From positions 34,860 through 98,859 of the forward strand of contig JBMNUM010000005.1 in the NCBI GenBank assembly GCA_050946275.1: 64,000 nucleotides of DNA. Reading direction: 5' to 3'. Below are positions 27,189 to 36,644 of the stretch, piece by piece (the first letter of the stretch is position 1; every line of letters starts with the position of its first letter). Origin of the DNA: Coriobacteriales bacterium (GTDB lineage: Bacteria > Actinomycetota > Coriobacteriia > Coriobacteriales > CADBOM01). A model generated the notes under the pieces. The model was not told where the DNA came from and did no database searches. It saw only the letters and a list, made by a program, of their open reading frames with translations. The position numbers were made by a program, and so were the translations under genes.

Positions 27189-28469
27189 CTATCCGACCAG
27201 GCGGATGAGCTGCGGTTCGCTCACGATGGACTCGGTGAGCATCATGTCCGAGATGGCCGCCTGGACGGCCTTCTCGTTCGCCTCGTGGGTGATGACGACG
27301 AGGTCGGTCGTACGACCGTCGCCGCCGCGCTGCACGACGGACTTGATCGAGATCTCCTCGCGGGCGAAGATCTTGGCCATCTCGGCGAAGACTCCCGCGC
27401 GGTCGAGCACGGGAACGCGGATGTAGTACTGGGCGTTCAGCGAGCTCAGCGAGACGATTGGAAGCTGGTCGGTACAGGTGCAGCCGCGGAAGTTCTCGAC
27501 ACCGTCGGCGAGCTGCTTGGCGACCTCGAGGACGTCGCCGATGACCGCCGAGCCCGTCGGACCGGCACCGGCGCCCTCGCCGAAGAACATGCACTTGCCG
27601 ATCGCGTCGCCCTCGAGATAGACGGCGTTGTAGACGCCGTTGACGCTTGCGAGCTGGTGCGACATGGGAACCATGGCCGGATGGACGCGAACCTCGATGC
27701 CGAGATCGGACCTGTGCGCGATGGCGAGCAGCTTGATCGCGTACCCCATCTCCTTGGCATACTCGAGGTCGACCGGGGAGATCCTCGTGATCCCCTCGGC
27801 GTGAACATCATCGAGCTGCACGCGGCAGTTGAATGCGATGGATGCGAGGATGGCGATCTTCGCGGCTGCGTCCTCCCCCTCTACGTCTGCCGAGGGGTTG
27901 GCCTCCGCGAAGCCCTTGCGCTGCGCATCGAGAAGCACCTCGGAGTAGTCGAGGCCCTCATCCCCCATCTTCGTGAGCATGTAGTTGGTCGTGCCGTTGA
28001 CGATGCCCATGATGGTGGTGATCTGGTTGGCGCACAGGGAATGCTTCAGCGGGCCGATGATCGGGATGCCGCCGCCCACGGAGCCGCCGAACGAGATGGA
28101 GACACCGTGCTGCTTCGCTGCATCGAAGATCTCCTCGCCGCTGGTAGCCATGAGCGCCTTGTTCGCGGTCACCACGTGCTTCCCGGCGCGGAGGGCGCCG
28201 AGCACGTACTTCTTGGCGGCGGTCGTTCCGCCGACCAGCTCGACGACGATCTCGATCTCGGGGTCGTTGATGATCGCGTCGGCGCTGTCGACGTAGATGT
28301 CCTCGACGCCGAGGTCGACGGCCTTCTGGAACGTGCGGCAGGTCACGGCCTTGATGTTGAGGTCTATGCCGTAATGGCGCATGAAATCGTCATGGTGCTC
28401 ACGCACGATGTTGATGCTTCCGCCACCGACGGTTCCGATTCCGATGAACGCGATGTTGACCTTGCGCAT
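27189..28469 (-). CDS. hom: homoserine dehydrogenase with C-terminal ACT domain
   Basis: NAD-binding IAFIGIGTVGGG, catalytic domain, ACT-like C-terminus. Confidence 0.92.
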   Translation of the reverse strand: MRKVNIAFIGIGTVGGGSINIVREHHDDFMRHYGIDLNIKAVTCRTFQKAVDLGVEDIYVDSADAIINDPEIEIVVELVGGTTAAKKYVLGALRAGKHVVTANKALMATSGEEIFDAAKQHGVSISFGGSVGGGIPIIGPLKHSLCANQITTIMGIVNGTTNYMLTKMGDEGLDYSEVLLDAQRKGFAEANPSADVEGEDAAAKIAILASIAFNCRVQLDDVHAEGITRISPVDLEYAKEMGYAIKLLAIAHRSDLGIEVRVHPAMVPMSHQLASVNGVYNAVYLEGDAIGKCMFFGEGAGAGPTGSAVIGDVLEVAKQLADGVENFRGCTCTDQLPIVSLSSLNAQYYIRVPVLDRAGVFAEMAKIFAREEISIKSVVQRGGDGRTTDLVVITHEANEKAVQAAISDMMLTESIVSEPQLIRLVG

Positions 28470-28538
28470 TCGCTGCTCTCCTTGCCTAAGCTTCTTGTGG
28501 ATTGGGTGGAGGTGCGGTCCTTATACCCAATCGATATC

Positions 28539-29933
28539 TTACTGCAGGTACGGCTCGTCGACCTCGAGTGCGAGGATGTCCTCGATCTCCTGCGGCCTGA
28601 TGACGCGGCGGTACTTGCCGTCCTTGACGAATGTGACGCCCGGCTTGCAGACGCTGTTGTAGTTCGACGACATGGTGTAGCAGTACGCGCCCGTGCCGAA
28701 GATGCAGATCGTGTCGTTCTCCTCGAGCGGTTGGATCGATGCATCGCGGACGAGGATGTCGCCCGACTCGCAGTGCTTGCCGACGATCGTTGCCACGTCT
28801 GTGCGCGGGTAGCCCGCCTTGTTCGCGACGATCGCCTCGTACTTCGAGCCGTAGAGCGCCGTGCGGATGTTGTCGCTCATGCCGCCGTCGACCGCGATGA
28901 GGGTGCGGTCCCCCGCGACCTTCTTGATGGTCGTCGCGCGATAGCAGGTGATGCCCGCGTTGGCGACGATGGCGCGTCCGGGCTGGACGGCCGTGAGCGG
29001 CATCGGGAAGTTGCGCTTGGCGCATGCCTCCTTCATGTAGGCGCCGATTCGGATGGCGAACTCCTCGACGGGAGTCGGCGCATCATCCTTCGTGTAGGCT
29101 GCGCCGAGTCCGCCACCGAGGTCGATCTCGTCGGCGGTGAAGCCCGTCTCCTCGCGGATCTTGCATGCGAAGTCGAGCAGGGCGTCGATCTCGAGGTCGA
29201 ACGGCTCGATGTTGAAGATCTGCGATCCGATGTGCGCTGCGAAGCCCTTGAGTTGCAGATGCTCGGAGTCGAGGATGGCCTTGGCGACCTCCTCTGCCTC
29301 ACCATTCGCGATGCTGCATCCGAACTTCGAGTCCTCGTCGCCGGTCTGGACATAGGTGTGCGTGCCGGCCTCGATCCCGGGCTTCACGCGCAGCAGGACC
29401 TCGGGCTCCTCGTCGAAGAGATCGGCGTACATCTCGATCTTGCCGACCTCCTGGAGGTTGTCGACGACGATGCGGCCGATGCCGTTGAGGATGGCCTCCT
29501 GGATCTCGTCGTCGGACTTGTTGTTGCCGTGCATGACGATGCGATCGGCCGGGAAGTCTGCTGCCAGCGCGATGGCGAGCTCGCCGCCGCTGCACACGAG
29601 CAGGCTGACGCCCTCTTCCTCGACGATGCGCGCCATCTCCTTGCAGGTGAACGCCTTGAAGGCGTAGGCGACGCGGTTGCGCTCGAACTGGGAGTTCATA
29701 GCATCGCGCCATGAGCGCAGGCTCACGCGGATGTGCTCCTCGTCCATGATGAAGAGCGGCGACGAGGTCATCTTCGGGAGCTTCGCGACGTTGACGCCGC
29801 CGACCCAGAGATGCTTCTCGTGGAGGTCGGAGTCATCCACCTTGGCGGTGAGGGGCCCGACGACCTTGATGAGGTCCTCGACCTTCATGTTGTCACCGTG
29901 CTCGGGTGCCGGCGCTGCGCTGATCTCGCTCAT
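28539..29933 (-). CDS. lysA: diaminopimelate decarboxylase
   Basis: PLP-lysine region YAFKAF, GGGLG, HCESGD. The ATG at 29933 is preceded by AGGAAAGGA. Confidence 0.92.
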   Translation of the reverse strand: MSEISAAPAPEHGDNMKVEDLIKVVGPLTAKVDDSDLHEKHLWVGGVNVAKLPKMTSSPLFIMDEEHIRVSLRSWRDAMNSQFERNRVAYAFKAFTCKEMARIVEEEGVSLLVCSGGELAIALAADFPADRIVMHGNNKSDDEIQEAILNGIGRIVVDNLQEVGKIEMYADLFDEEPEVLLRVKPGIEAGTHTYVQTGDEDSKFGCSIANGEAEEVAKAILDSEHLQLKGFAAHIGSQIFNIEPFDLEIDALLDFACKIREETGFTADEIDLGGGLGAAYTKDDAPTPVEEFAIRIGAYMKEACAKRNFPMPLTAVQPGRAIVANAGITCYRATTIKKVAGDRTLIAVDGGMSDNIRTALYGSKYEAIVANKAGYPRTDVATIVGKHCESGDILVRDASIQPLEENDTICIFGTGAYCYTMSSNYNSVCKPGVTFVKDGKYRRVIRPQEIEDILALEVDEPYLQ

Positions 29934-30032
29934 TTCGTTTCCTTTCCTGCAGTTGTCTCGCAATGGTCAATTGACTCTATCTTGCTTGTATTTCAGGTGT
30001 GTTACCGCTGCTCTCCCCCGCCTTGAACGTCC

Positions 30033-31691
30033 CTACATCCGCTCCGGCGCGCTCACGCCGAGAATGCCGAGGGCGCATGCGATGACGCTGCGGGTGGCAT
30101 CCGCGAGGTAGAGCCTCGCATCCGCGAGTGCCTCGTCGTCGACGAGCACCTGGCACTCCGTGTAGAAGTGGTGGAACACGGAGGCGAGCGACTCGATGTA
30201 GTGCGTCAGGCGGAACGGAGCGAGGTCGCGCGCCGATGCCTCGACGATCTCGGAGAATTCGGAGATCTTGCGCATGAGCTCAAGCTCGCTCTCGTGCACG
30301 AGCAGCGAGAGGTCGGCCGCATCGTTGATCTCGCGACCGCTGCGGCGGATGATCGAGCAGATGCGCGCATGCGCGTACTGCACGTAGTAGACCGGGTTCG
30401 ACGAATCCTGCTTCTGCGCCTCGGCGATGTCGAAGTCCAGCGTCTGGTCGCTCGATTTCTTGAGCATGAGGTATTTCGTCGCATCGGGGCCGACGAGCTC
30501 GATGAGCTCCTCGAACGTGATCATCTCGCCTGTGCGCTTCGACATGCGGACCGGCTTGCCGTCCTCGAAGAGATTGACGAGCTGGCCGAGCAGCACGTCG
30601 AGCTGCCCGCCGTGGCCGAGCGTCGTCATGGCCGCCTGCATGCGCGGGATGTACCCGTGGTGGTCGGCGCCCCAGATGTCGATGACCCGGTCGAGGCCGC
30701 GGGAGAACTTGTTCTCGTGGTAGGCGATATCCGGGAGGAAGTACGTGTAGGAGCCATCGGACTTCACAAGCACGCGGTCCTTATCGTCACCGAGGGCGGT
30801 GGTCCTGAACCACAGCGCGTCCTCCTTCTCGTACAGCACGCCAAGCTTCTCGAAGCGGTCGAGAATCTCATCGATGGCCGACTTGCCATTCTCGCCCGGA
30901 ACGTAGAGGGTGCGCTCCGAGAACCAGTTGTCGAACTCGACGCCGACGCTCGCGAGCACATCGCGCATATGCGCGAGCATCATCTCGTAGGCGACCTCCT
31001 TGAAGTGCGCGCTGCGCTCGTTGGCGGCGGCATCCTTCCAGGCCTCGCCCTCGGCATCGAGGATGCGCTGGGCGATGGTCGTGACGTATGCTCCGCCGTA
31101 GCCGTTCTCGGGCACCTCGGCGTCGATGCCGCACAACTGCAGGTAGCGTGCGTCGACGGATTGCGCGAAGTTCTCCATCTGGGAGCCAGCGTCGTTGATG
31201 TAGAACTCGCGCTGGACCTTCCAACCCGCATGCTCGAGCAGGTTGCACAGGGCGTTGCCGAGCGCTGCCCAGCGGCCATGTCCGACATGCATGGGGCCCG
31301 TGGGGTTTGCGCTCACGAACTCGACCTGGACGCTCCTCCCCTGCCCGAGCTCCACCTTGCCGAAGTCCGCACCCTTCTCGCGCGCCTCGACGAGAATCGC
31401 CTGCAGGGCGGCGTTGGAGAGCCTCATGTTGATGAAACCGGGACCTGCGATCTCGACTGCGGAGATGAAGTCGCCTACGGGGATATGGGATGCGATGATC
31501 TCCGCGATCGCGCGCGGGTTCATCTTCGCCTGTTTCGCGAGGCGCATCGCGACGGAAGTGGCCCAATCGCCATGCTCCTTCTCGCGAGGACGCTCGATAC
31601 CGGCATCGGGCATGGTCTCGATCTTCAGCTCGCCTTGCGCGATGGCTTCCTCGATAGTTCCCTTGACAATCTCATCGATTCTCGTGCGCAC
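30033..31691 (-). CDS. argS: arginine--tRNA ligase
   Basis: 552 aa. HIGH-type motif (PTGPMHVGHGR), MSKR-type motif (RMSKRTGE), DALR anticodon-binding C-terminus. Confidence 0.95.
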   Translation of the reverse strand: MRTRIDEIVKGTIEEAIAQGELKIETMPDAGIERPREKEHGDWATSVAMRLAKQAKMNPRAIAEIIASHIPVGDFISAVEIAGPGFINMRLSNAALQAILVEAREKGADFGKVELGQGRSVQVEFVSANPTGPMHVGHGRWAALGNALCNLLEHAGWKVQREFYINDAGSQMENFAQSVDARYLQLCGIDAEVPENGYGGAYVTTIAQRILDAEGEAWKDAAANERSAHFKEVAYEMMLAHMRDVLASVGVEFDNWFSERTLYVPGENGKSAIDEILDRFEKLGVLYEKEDALWFRTTALGDDKDRVLVKSDGSYTYFLPDIAYHENKFSRGLDRVIDIWGADHHGYIPRMQAAMTTLGHGGQLDVLLGQLVNLFEDGKPVRMSKRTGEMITFEELIELVGPDATKYLMLKKSSDQTLDFDIAEAQKQDSSNPVYYVQYAHARICSIIRRSGREINDAADLSLLVHESELELMRKISEFSEIVEASARDLAPFRLTHYIESLASVFHHFYTECQVLVDDEALADARLYLADATRSVIACALGILGVSAPERM

Positions 31692-31845
31692 GTTTCCTCC
31701 GTTTGCTTAACCGCTTGTTCTCACAGTTGTCATAGAAGACTAGTATACTTTGATGCATGCTGCATACGGCCTACGTTTACGTGGGTTCGCCGTATGGCTC
31801 GGAAATCGGTTGCGGCACCGCAGGGGCTGCGACTTGCTGGAAAGG

Positions 31846-32130
31846 ATGGGTTGGACTGGAGTGGGCTTCCCTATTGCTCAGATCGTGCTTTGGCTGATCG
31901 TCGCGGTGGTGTTCGTCATCGTCGAGTTCGCGTCGTCCAAGTACTTCTTGCCCTTTGCCATCGGCGCCGGCATCGCGCTCGTTGCCGCTCTGTTCTCCGC
32001 GCCTATCGTTGCTCAGGTTGTGATCTTCGTTGTTGTGGCCTTGCTTGGGTATCTTTTGTTCCGGCCTTCTAAGACTCGTCGGGAGAGGCGTCGGGAGCGC
32101 GAGGCTTACTACGATTCTTTTGACGACTAG
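31846..32130 (+). CDS. hypothetical small membrane protein
   Basis: 94 aa from the ATG at 31846 (GGAAAGGA upstream). Three hydrophobic helices and a basic/acidic tail. No family assigned. Confidence 0.45.
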   Translation: MGWTGVGFPIAQIVLWLIVAVVFVIVEFASSKYFLPFAIGAGIALVAALFSAPIVAQVVIFVVVALLGYLLFRPSKTRRERRREREAYYDSFDD

Positions 32131-32144
32131 TTCTTGGTTGTCCG

Positions 32145-32315
32145 CCCCCGCGAGGGGATGCATCCTCCAGAGGAAGGCTTCGCAAAACGTGTTTTCGCTC
32201 CGGTGATGCAGCTGCGGAGGGAACGCCTTCGGCGTTCTTTAGTCCTCGCTCCCGCATCACCTGCGCGAAAACACTGCTCCGCAATTCCTCTGGAGGATGC
32301 ATCCCCTCGCGGGGG
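32145..32315. repeat. 171-bp palindromic (MITE-like) element with perfect 31-bp terminal inverted repeats
   Basis: CCCCCGCGAGGGGATGCATCCTCCAGAGGAA at 32145-32175 is the exact reverse complement of 32285-32315. Internal pairings are GGTGATGC/GCATCACC, GTGTTTTCGC/GCGAAAACAC and a central GAACGCC-ttc-GGCGTTC. Confidence 0.85.
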
Positions 32316-32440
32316 CTACTCGCTTTGCTCGTAGCCACTTGAATCGGGCGCAAAAATTCAGACCCCCGTTTGGGGGCCTTCATTTTTGCGCATTAGTTAC
32401 AAGTCATAAGCGGATAGCCCGCTTTTGACTCATCTCCTGT

Positions 32441-33007
32441 TTACTCCGGCTTTAGGACTAGGGCTGGTCTTATTGATATGTTTCTTTCGTCGTAGTGGCC
32501 GTTGCATAGGTAGATGAGGCCTGTTCCGAAGATTGCGCACGGAGCCAGGGCGTACTCTCCTGGGGACCTGAGCCACCACCAGTTGATCATTCCCTCGTGG
32601 GCCACCGCGTACGGCGTGGACTTCGCCGCCCTGTCGGCGTCGTCCTCGAAGAAGTTCGTCGCATCCTCCCTCGTGATGCAGAAGATGCGGTCCACCGTGT
32701 CCGGACCCCCCGGCGTTCCGCACTCGGGGTTGTCGGGGGTGTGGAGGCTCGTCTCCGCGATGCGCGCCCTCTCCTCGTCGGTGAAAGCGGTCTCGAGGAA
32801 CTCCCCGTTGAGCCACTTCCTCAGCGAGCAGTCGGCCCAGACGGTGCTCTCGTACACGTTGTGGTACGAGATGCGGTCGATGAGGTTCTTGGTGAGGAGC
32901 AGCTTCGAGCCGTCCTCGCGCGTCTCGAGCACGATCCACTCGATGGGAACCGGCTCCCCGTCGACGTCATACGGGTACTTGCCCAGCTCCACAATCTCTC
33001 GTTCCAT
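32441..33007 (-). CDS. DUF6273-like domain protein
   Basis: IEWIVLE...LLLTKNLID, CSLRKWLNGEFLETAFTDEE, WWWLRSPG and IRPALVLKP patterns typical of that uncharacterised family. Confidence 0.6.
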   Translation of the reverse strand: MEREIVELGKYPYDVDGEPVPIEWIVLETREDGSKLLLTKNLIDRISYHNVYESTVWADCSLRKWLNGEFLETAFTDEERARIAETSLHTPDNPECGTPGGPDTVDRIFCITREDATNFFEDDADRAAKSTPYAVAHEGMINWWWLRSPGEYALAPCAIFGTGLIYLCNGHYDERNISIRPALVLKPE

Positions 33008-33030
33008 AGGCCTTCTCTTTCTCGTGGTCA

Positions 33031-33066
33031 AAACCTGTCAAACAGGGCGGGGCTGTTTGACAGGTT
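33031..33066 (-). terminator. stem-loop downstream of fixX
   Basis: AAACCTGTCAAACAG-N7-CTGTTTGACAGGTT, followed on the minus strand by TTTTGA. Confidence 0.5.
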
Positions 33067-33122
33067 CTTCATCAGCGTATGCCAAACAAGGCGGGTTTCC
33101 CGACAGGTCGTTCAATCTGGCA

Positions 33123-33416
33123 TTAGCCGTAGCGATACTGGACTCCGCACTCCGGGTCGGGATTGCGCCACTTGCTCACGATCGTGTCGCCGCAGATGAT
33201 GCGGCAGGTGCCGCACTCGAGGCAACCCGAGTAGTCGAAGCGCTGCTCGCCGCTCTCGGTGACCTTGTACAGGGCCGCCGGACACACGCGAACGAGCTTC
33301 ATGAACTCTGCCATATCGGGATCGTCGACGAGCTCGATATGGGTCTCATCCGAAGGCGAGTACTTGTTGACCGCCAGGTACTTGTCGACATCGGCGGTGA
33401 TAATCGGCTTGCTCAT
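33123..33416 (-). CDS. fixX: ferredoxin-like protein FixX
   Basis: 97 aa. CPAALY ... CLECGTC motif. ATGA overlap with the fixC stop. Confidence 0.85.
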   Translation of the reverse strand: MSKPIITADVDKYLAVNKYSPSDETHIELVDDPDMAEFMKLVRVCPAALYKVTESGEQRFDYSGCLECGTCRIICGDTIVSKWRNPDPECGVQYRYG

Positions 33417-34711
33417 AGTGCCTTCATCGCTCCCCTCACATCTCGCAGGAGATTCATGTACCCGATCTCCTTGAGCTTCGGCTTGACGATATCCTTGATG
33501 TGCTTGGCCGGGCTTCCGTCGATGATGAACATGTCGTTCATGATGTCGCGCACCAGCTCCGGATAGCCCTTGAACATCCGGTCGAAGTGCTCGAGGAACT
33601 CCGGCTCGCCGGCGAACCCGCGCAGGTCCTTCATGACGAAGGAGTTCTCGAGCGCCTGCGTGTAGCCGGAGAGGCCGGCGGCGCTCACATCGCCAGCGTC
33701 AAGCGCCTTGACGGCGGCCTGGCCGGCCATCTGCCCTGCAGCGATGGCGTAGTCCATGCCACGCACCGCGTAGCCGAAGTTGATGCACATCATCGCAGCC
33801 TCGCCGGCGGCGAGGACCCCGTCTCCCACGAGCGGGGGCATGATGCCGAGTCCGCCCTCGGGAACCATGTGGCCGGAATGCTCGACGAGCTCGCCATCGC
33901 GGATGATAGCGGCGATGGTCGGATGCTTCTTGAGCTCCTCCATCATCTCGTAGATGGGGTAATCGCTCTTTGCGACGGCCTCGATGCCGGCGACGATGCC
34001 GAGCGAGATGGACTCCTTGTTCGCATAGAGGAAGCCTCCTCCGAACGAGCCCTTGGTGGCGTCGCCGGCCATGAGCATCGCCATGCCCTCGTCATCGGAA
34101 TTCGCGAGGCAGCGGTCGGTGATGACCGATGCGGGCAGCGCGAACGTCTGCTTGATGCCGACGGCCACCTGGCTGGCCGGTGGCCTCTTGTAGCCGAGCG
34201 CCTGCTCGGTGAGGAGGCTGTTGACACCGTCGCAGAGGATGACGACATCGGAGGTGATCTCGTCCTCGCCCGCGCGGATTCCGCACACGCGGTTGCCATC
34301 CTTCAAGACGGCGTCCGCCGGGATGCCGCAGATGTACTCGGCGCCTGCCTCTTCGGCCTGCTCGGCGAGCCACTGATCGAACGGCGCGCGCAGGACCGTG
34401 TAGCTCTCGCTGGCCGGGTCGTTCATCGGCTCGCTCGAGAAATCGGCGGTGAACTCAGCATCGGGCGACATGAGGCAGATGCGCTCGCGCACCACCTTGC
34501 GCTCGAACGGGGCCGTCGCGAGCGACTCCTCGTCGAAGACCTTGCGCAGCGAATGCGTGTAGATGCGGCCACCTGTCATGTTCTTCGAGCCGGCGAACTC
34601 GCCGCGCTCGACGACGAGCACGCTCTTACCGGCTCGTGCGAGCTCGAGTGCGGCTATGGGGCCGGCGCAACCGCTACCTACGACGATTGCATCGAAATCG
34701 GCTTCGGACAT
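33413..34711 (-). CDS. fixC: FAD-dependent ETF:quinone-type oxidoreductase FixC
   Basis: 432 aa. Dinucleotide fold FDAIVVGSGCAGPIAA. FixC-like throughout. Confidence 0.9.
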   Translation of the reverse strand: MSEADFDAIVVGSGCAGPIAALELARAGKSVLVVERGEFAGSKNMTGGRIYTHSLRKVFDEESLATAPFERKVVRERICLMSPDAEFTADFSSEPMNDPASESYTVLRAPFDQWLAEQAEEAGAEYICGIPADAVLKDGNRVCGIRAGEDEITSDVVILCDGVNSLLTEQALGYKRPPASQVAVGIKQTFALPASVITDRCLANSDDEGMAMLMAGDATKGSFGGGFLYANKESISLGIVAGIEAVAKSDYPIYEMMEELKKHPTIAAIIRDGELVEHSGHMVPEGGLGIMPPLVGDGVLAAGEAAMMCINFGYAVRGMDYAIAAGQMAGQAAVKALDAGDVSAAGLSGYTQALENSFVMKDLRGFAGEPEFLEHFDRMFKGYPELVRDIMNDMFIIDGSPAKHIKDIVKPKLKEIGYMNLLRDVRGAMKAL

Positions 34712-34736
34712 GTGTCTTCCTCCCCTATTCCAGCGG

Positions 34737-35639
34737 TTACTTGAGCGCTTCCGTCAGCACGGGAACGATGTCGAACAGGTCGGCGACGATGCCGTACTTG
34801 CTCACGTTGAAGATCTCGGCGTCGGGGTTCTTGTTGATGGCGACGACGGTCTTCGCATCGCGGAAACCCGACGTATGGTTCGGGTTGCCCGAGATGCCGA
34901 GAGCGATGTAGAGCTCGGGCGACGCCGTGTTGTGCGAGGACCCGAGAACGCGGTCGGCGGTGTACCAGTGCATGTCGTTGCAGCACGGCAGCGTGCAGGC
35001 GATCTCGGCACCGAGCGCCTCGGCGAGTCCCTCGACAACGGGGAGATTCTCGCGCGAGCCGACGCCCATGCCGACGCCCACGACGCGGCGCGCGCCGGAA
35101 AGACCGGAGACGGTGGCCTCCTCGAATCCGACGATACGGTCGGCTCCGGCCTCGGCCGCGACAGCCTCGACGGGAGCGCTGCCACCGGCGATGTCCTCAT
35201 CGGCGCCGAAGTAGATGGCTGCGAGCGCACCATCGGCCTTGACGGTCTCGATGGCCTTCTCGTTGGCGATCAGCTTGCCCGCGAGCAAGGCGTCGCCGTC
35301 GGAAGCGAACTCGATGACGGAGCCGAGGACGGCTGCGTCGACGGCACCTGCAACCGTGCCGAGAATGACGCGGGCGGAAGGTCCGTCGTTGGAGACCGCG
35401 AGGCGGACGCCCGCGTCCTTGGCGGCAGCCGCGACGCTTGCGGCGAGCGCCTCTGCGGGAACTCCCTCGGCCGTCTCGAACCAGACGACCTTGTCGACAC
35501 CGGTGGCCGCGATCTCGTCGGCAAGGGCACGCGTGCCGACGACAGCCGCGGTGATTTCTCCGGCAACGGGCTTGACCGCTGCGATGATTCCGCCGATGCG
35601 GCGGCTATCGACGGCGATGATCCAAGTGTTAACTGACAT
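34737..35639 (-). CDS. etfA: electron transfer flavoprotein alpha subunit (FixB/EtfA)
   Basis: C-terminal FAD-binding signature PELYIALGISGNPNHTSG. The ATG at 35639 is preceded by GAGAAGGGA. Confidence 0.9.
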   Translation of the reverse strand: MSVNTWIIAVDSRRIGGIIAAVKPVAGEITAAVVGTRALADEIAATGVDKVVWFETAEGVPAEALAASVAAAAKDAGVRLAVSNDGPSARVILGTVAGAVDAAVLGSVIEFASDGDALLAGKLIANEKAIETVKADGALAAIYFGADEDIAGGSAPVEAVAAEAGADRIVGFEEATVSGLSGARRVVGVGMGVGSRENLPVVEGLAEALGAEIACTLPCCNDMHWYTADRVLGSSHNTASPELYIALGISGNPNHTSGFRDAKTVVAINKNPDAEIFNVSKYGIVADLFDIVPVLTEALK

Positions 35640-35666
35640 CTTCAATCCCTTCTCTCATCGCCTGCA

Positions 35667-36395
35667 TTACAGGATGCCGTCGCCGCGCAGCGCGTCGACG
35701 AGCTGGTTCACGGCTGCGGCGGGGTCGGTGGCGTCGAACATGATGGCCGCATCGCCGTCGGGCTTGCGGGTACCCTCCGAGGTGGACTTGCCCTCGCCGG
35801 AAGCGCCGAGAGCCCCGAGGGTCGTCTTCTCGACGGGCTTCTTGCGCGCGGCGAGCGTCTGCTTCATGCCGGGGGCATCCTTCTCCTCCTCGAGGGCCTG
35901 CGCGGCGAGGATCACGGGCGTGTGCGCCTCGATGATCGTGTTGCCGCCCTGCCCCTTGACGGAGACTTTGATGGCATCTCCTGCCGCTTCGGCGGCGACG
36001 ACGCCGGCGTATGCCGACCAGCCGAGCTCCCCGATTAGGGCGGCGACCATGCCGCGGTCCCACTCGGAGTCTCCTATGGCGACGACATCGACGCCCGCCT
36101 GCTTGACGGCCGCTGCGATGGCGGCTGCGGCAGCCGTGCCGTCGGAACCGCCGAATGCGTCCTCGACGATGATGGTCGATGCGGCACCGCGGGCCGCGGC
36201 CCACTCCGGCTTGCCGTCACCGATCGTGATGCCGACGATATCCTCCTCGGCCGAGATTGCCTTGGCGACAGCGATGGCGGCGGGGTCGTCATCAGTCGGC
36301 GAGAACTTCACGCCGGGCCATGTGACCTCTCCGCTGGCGGAAACACGCGCATCCTGGGGATCGCGGATCCACTTGAACACGACTGCGGTCTTCAT
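35667..36395 (-). CDS. etfB: electron transfer flavoprotein beta subunit (FixA/EtfB)
   Basis: 242 aa from the ATG at 36395 (AGGAGTA upstream). EtfB-like MKTAVVFKWIRDP ... The longer 321-aa track ORF is an upstream run-on. Confidence 0.9.
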   Translation of the reverse strand: MKTAVVFKWIRDPQDARVSASGEVTWPGVKFSPTDDDPAAIAVAKAISAEEDIVGITIGDGKPEWAAARGAASTIIVEDAFGGSDGTAAAAAIAAAVKQAGVDVVAIGDSEWDRGMVAALIGELGWSAYAGVVAAEAAGDAIKVSVKGQGGNTIIEAHTPVILAAQALEEEKDAPGMKQTLAARKKPVEKTTLGALGASGEGKSTSEGTRKPDGDAAIMFDATDPAAAVNQLVDALRGDGIL

Positions 36396-36644
36396 GTGTT
36401 CGATACTCCTTCTCGTGTCGAATACAGCTCTTGCAAGAATATGCATCAACGCGCAGGTTACGACGCGAATGATGTGAAAATTGTATAGCCTCAACCGGGC
36501 TTGGATGGGGTCGGCGACAACCCGAGGCGCAGACGGGCGAAACAGCCCCACGCCAGCACGGAATGCAGGGTTCGCGTTGCCCGAATTCGACCAAGGAGGG
36601 GCGGCCAATGCCGCCCCTCCGCTGTTCTCCATGGATTACCGGGA

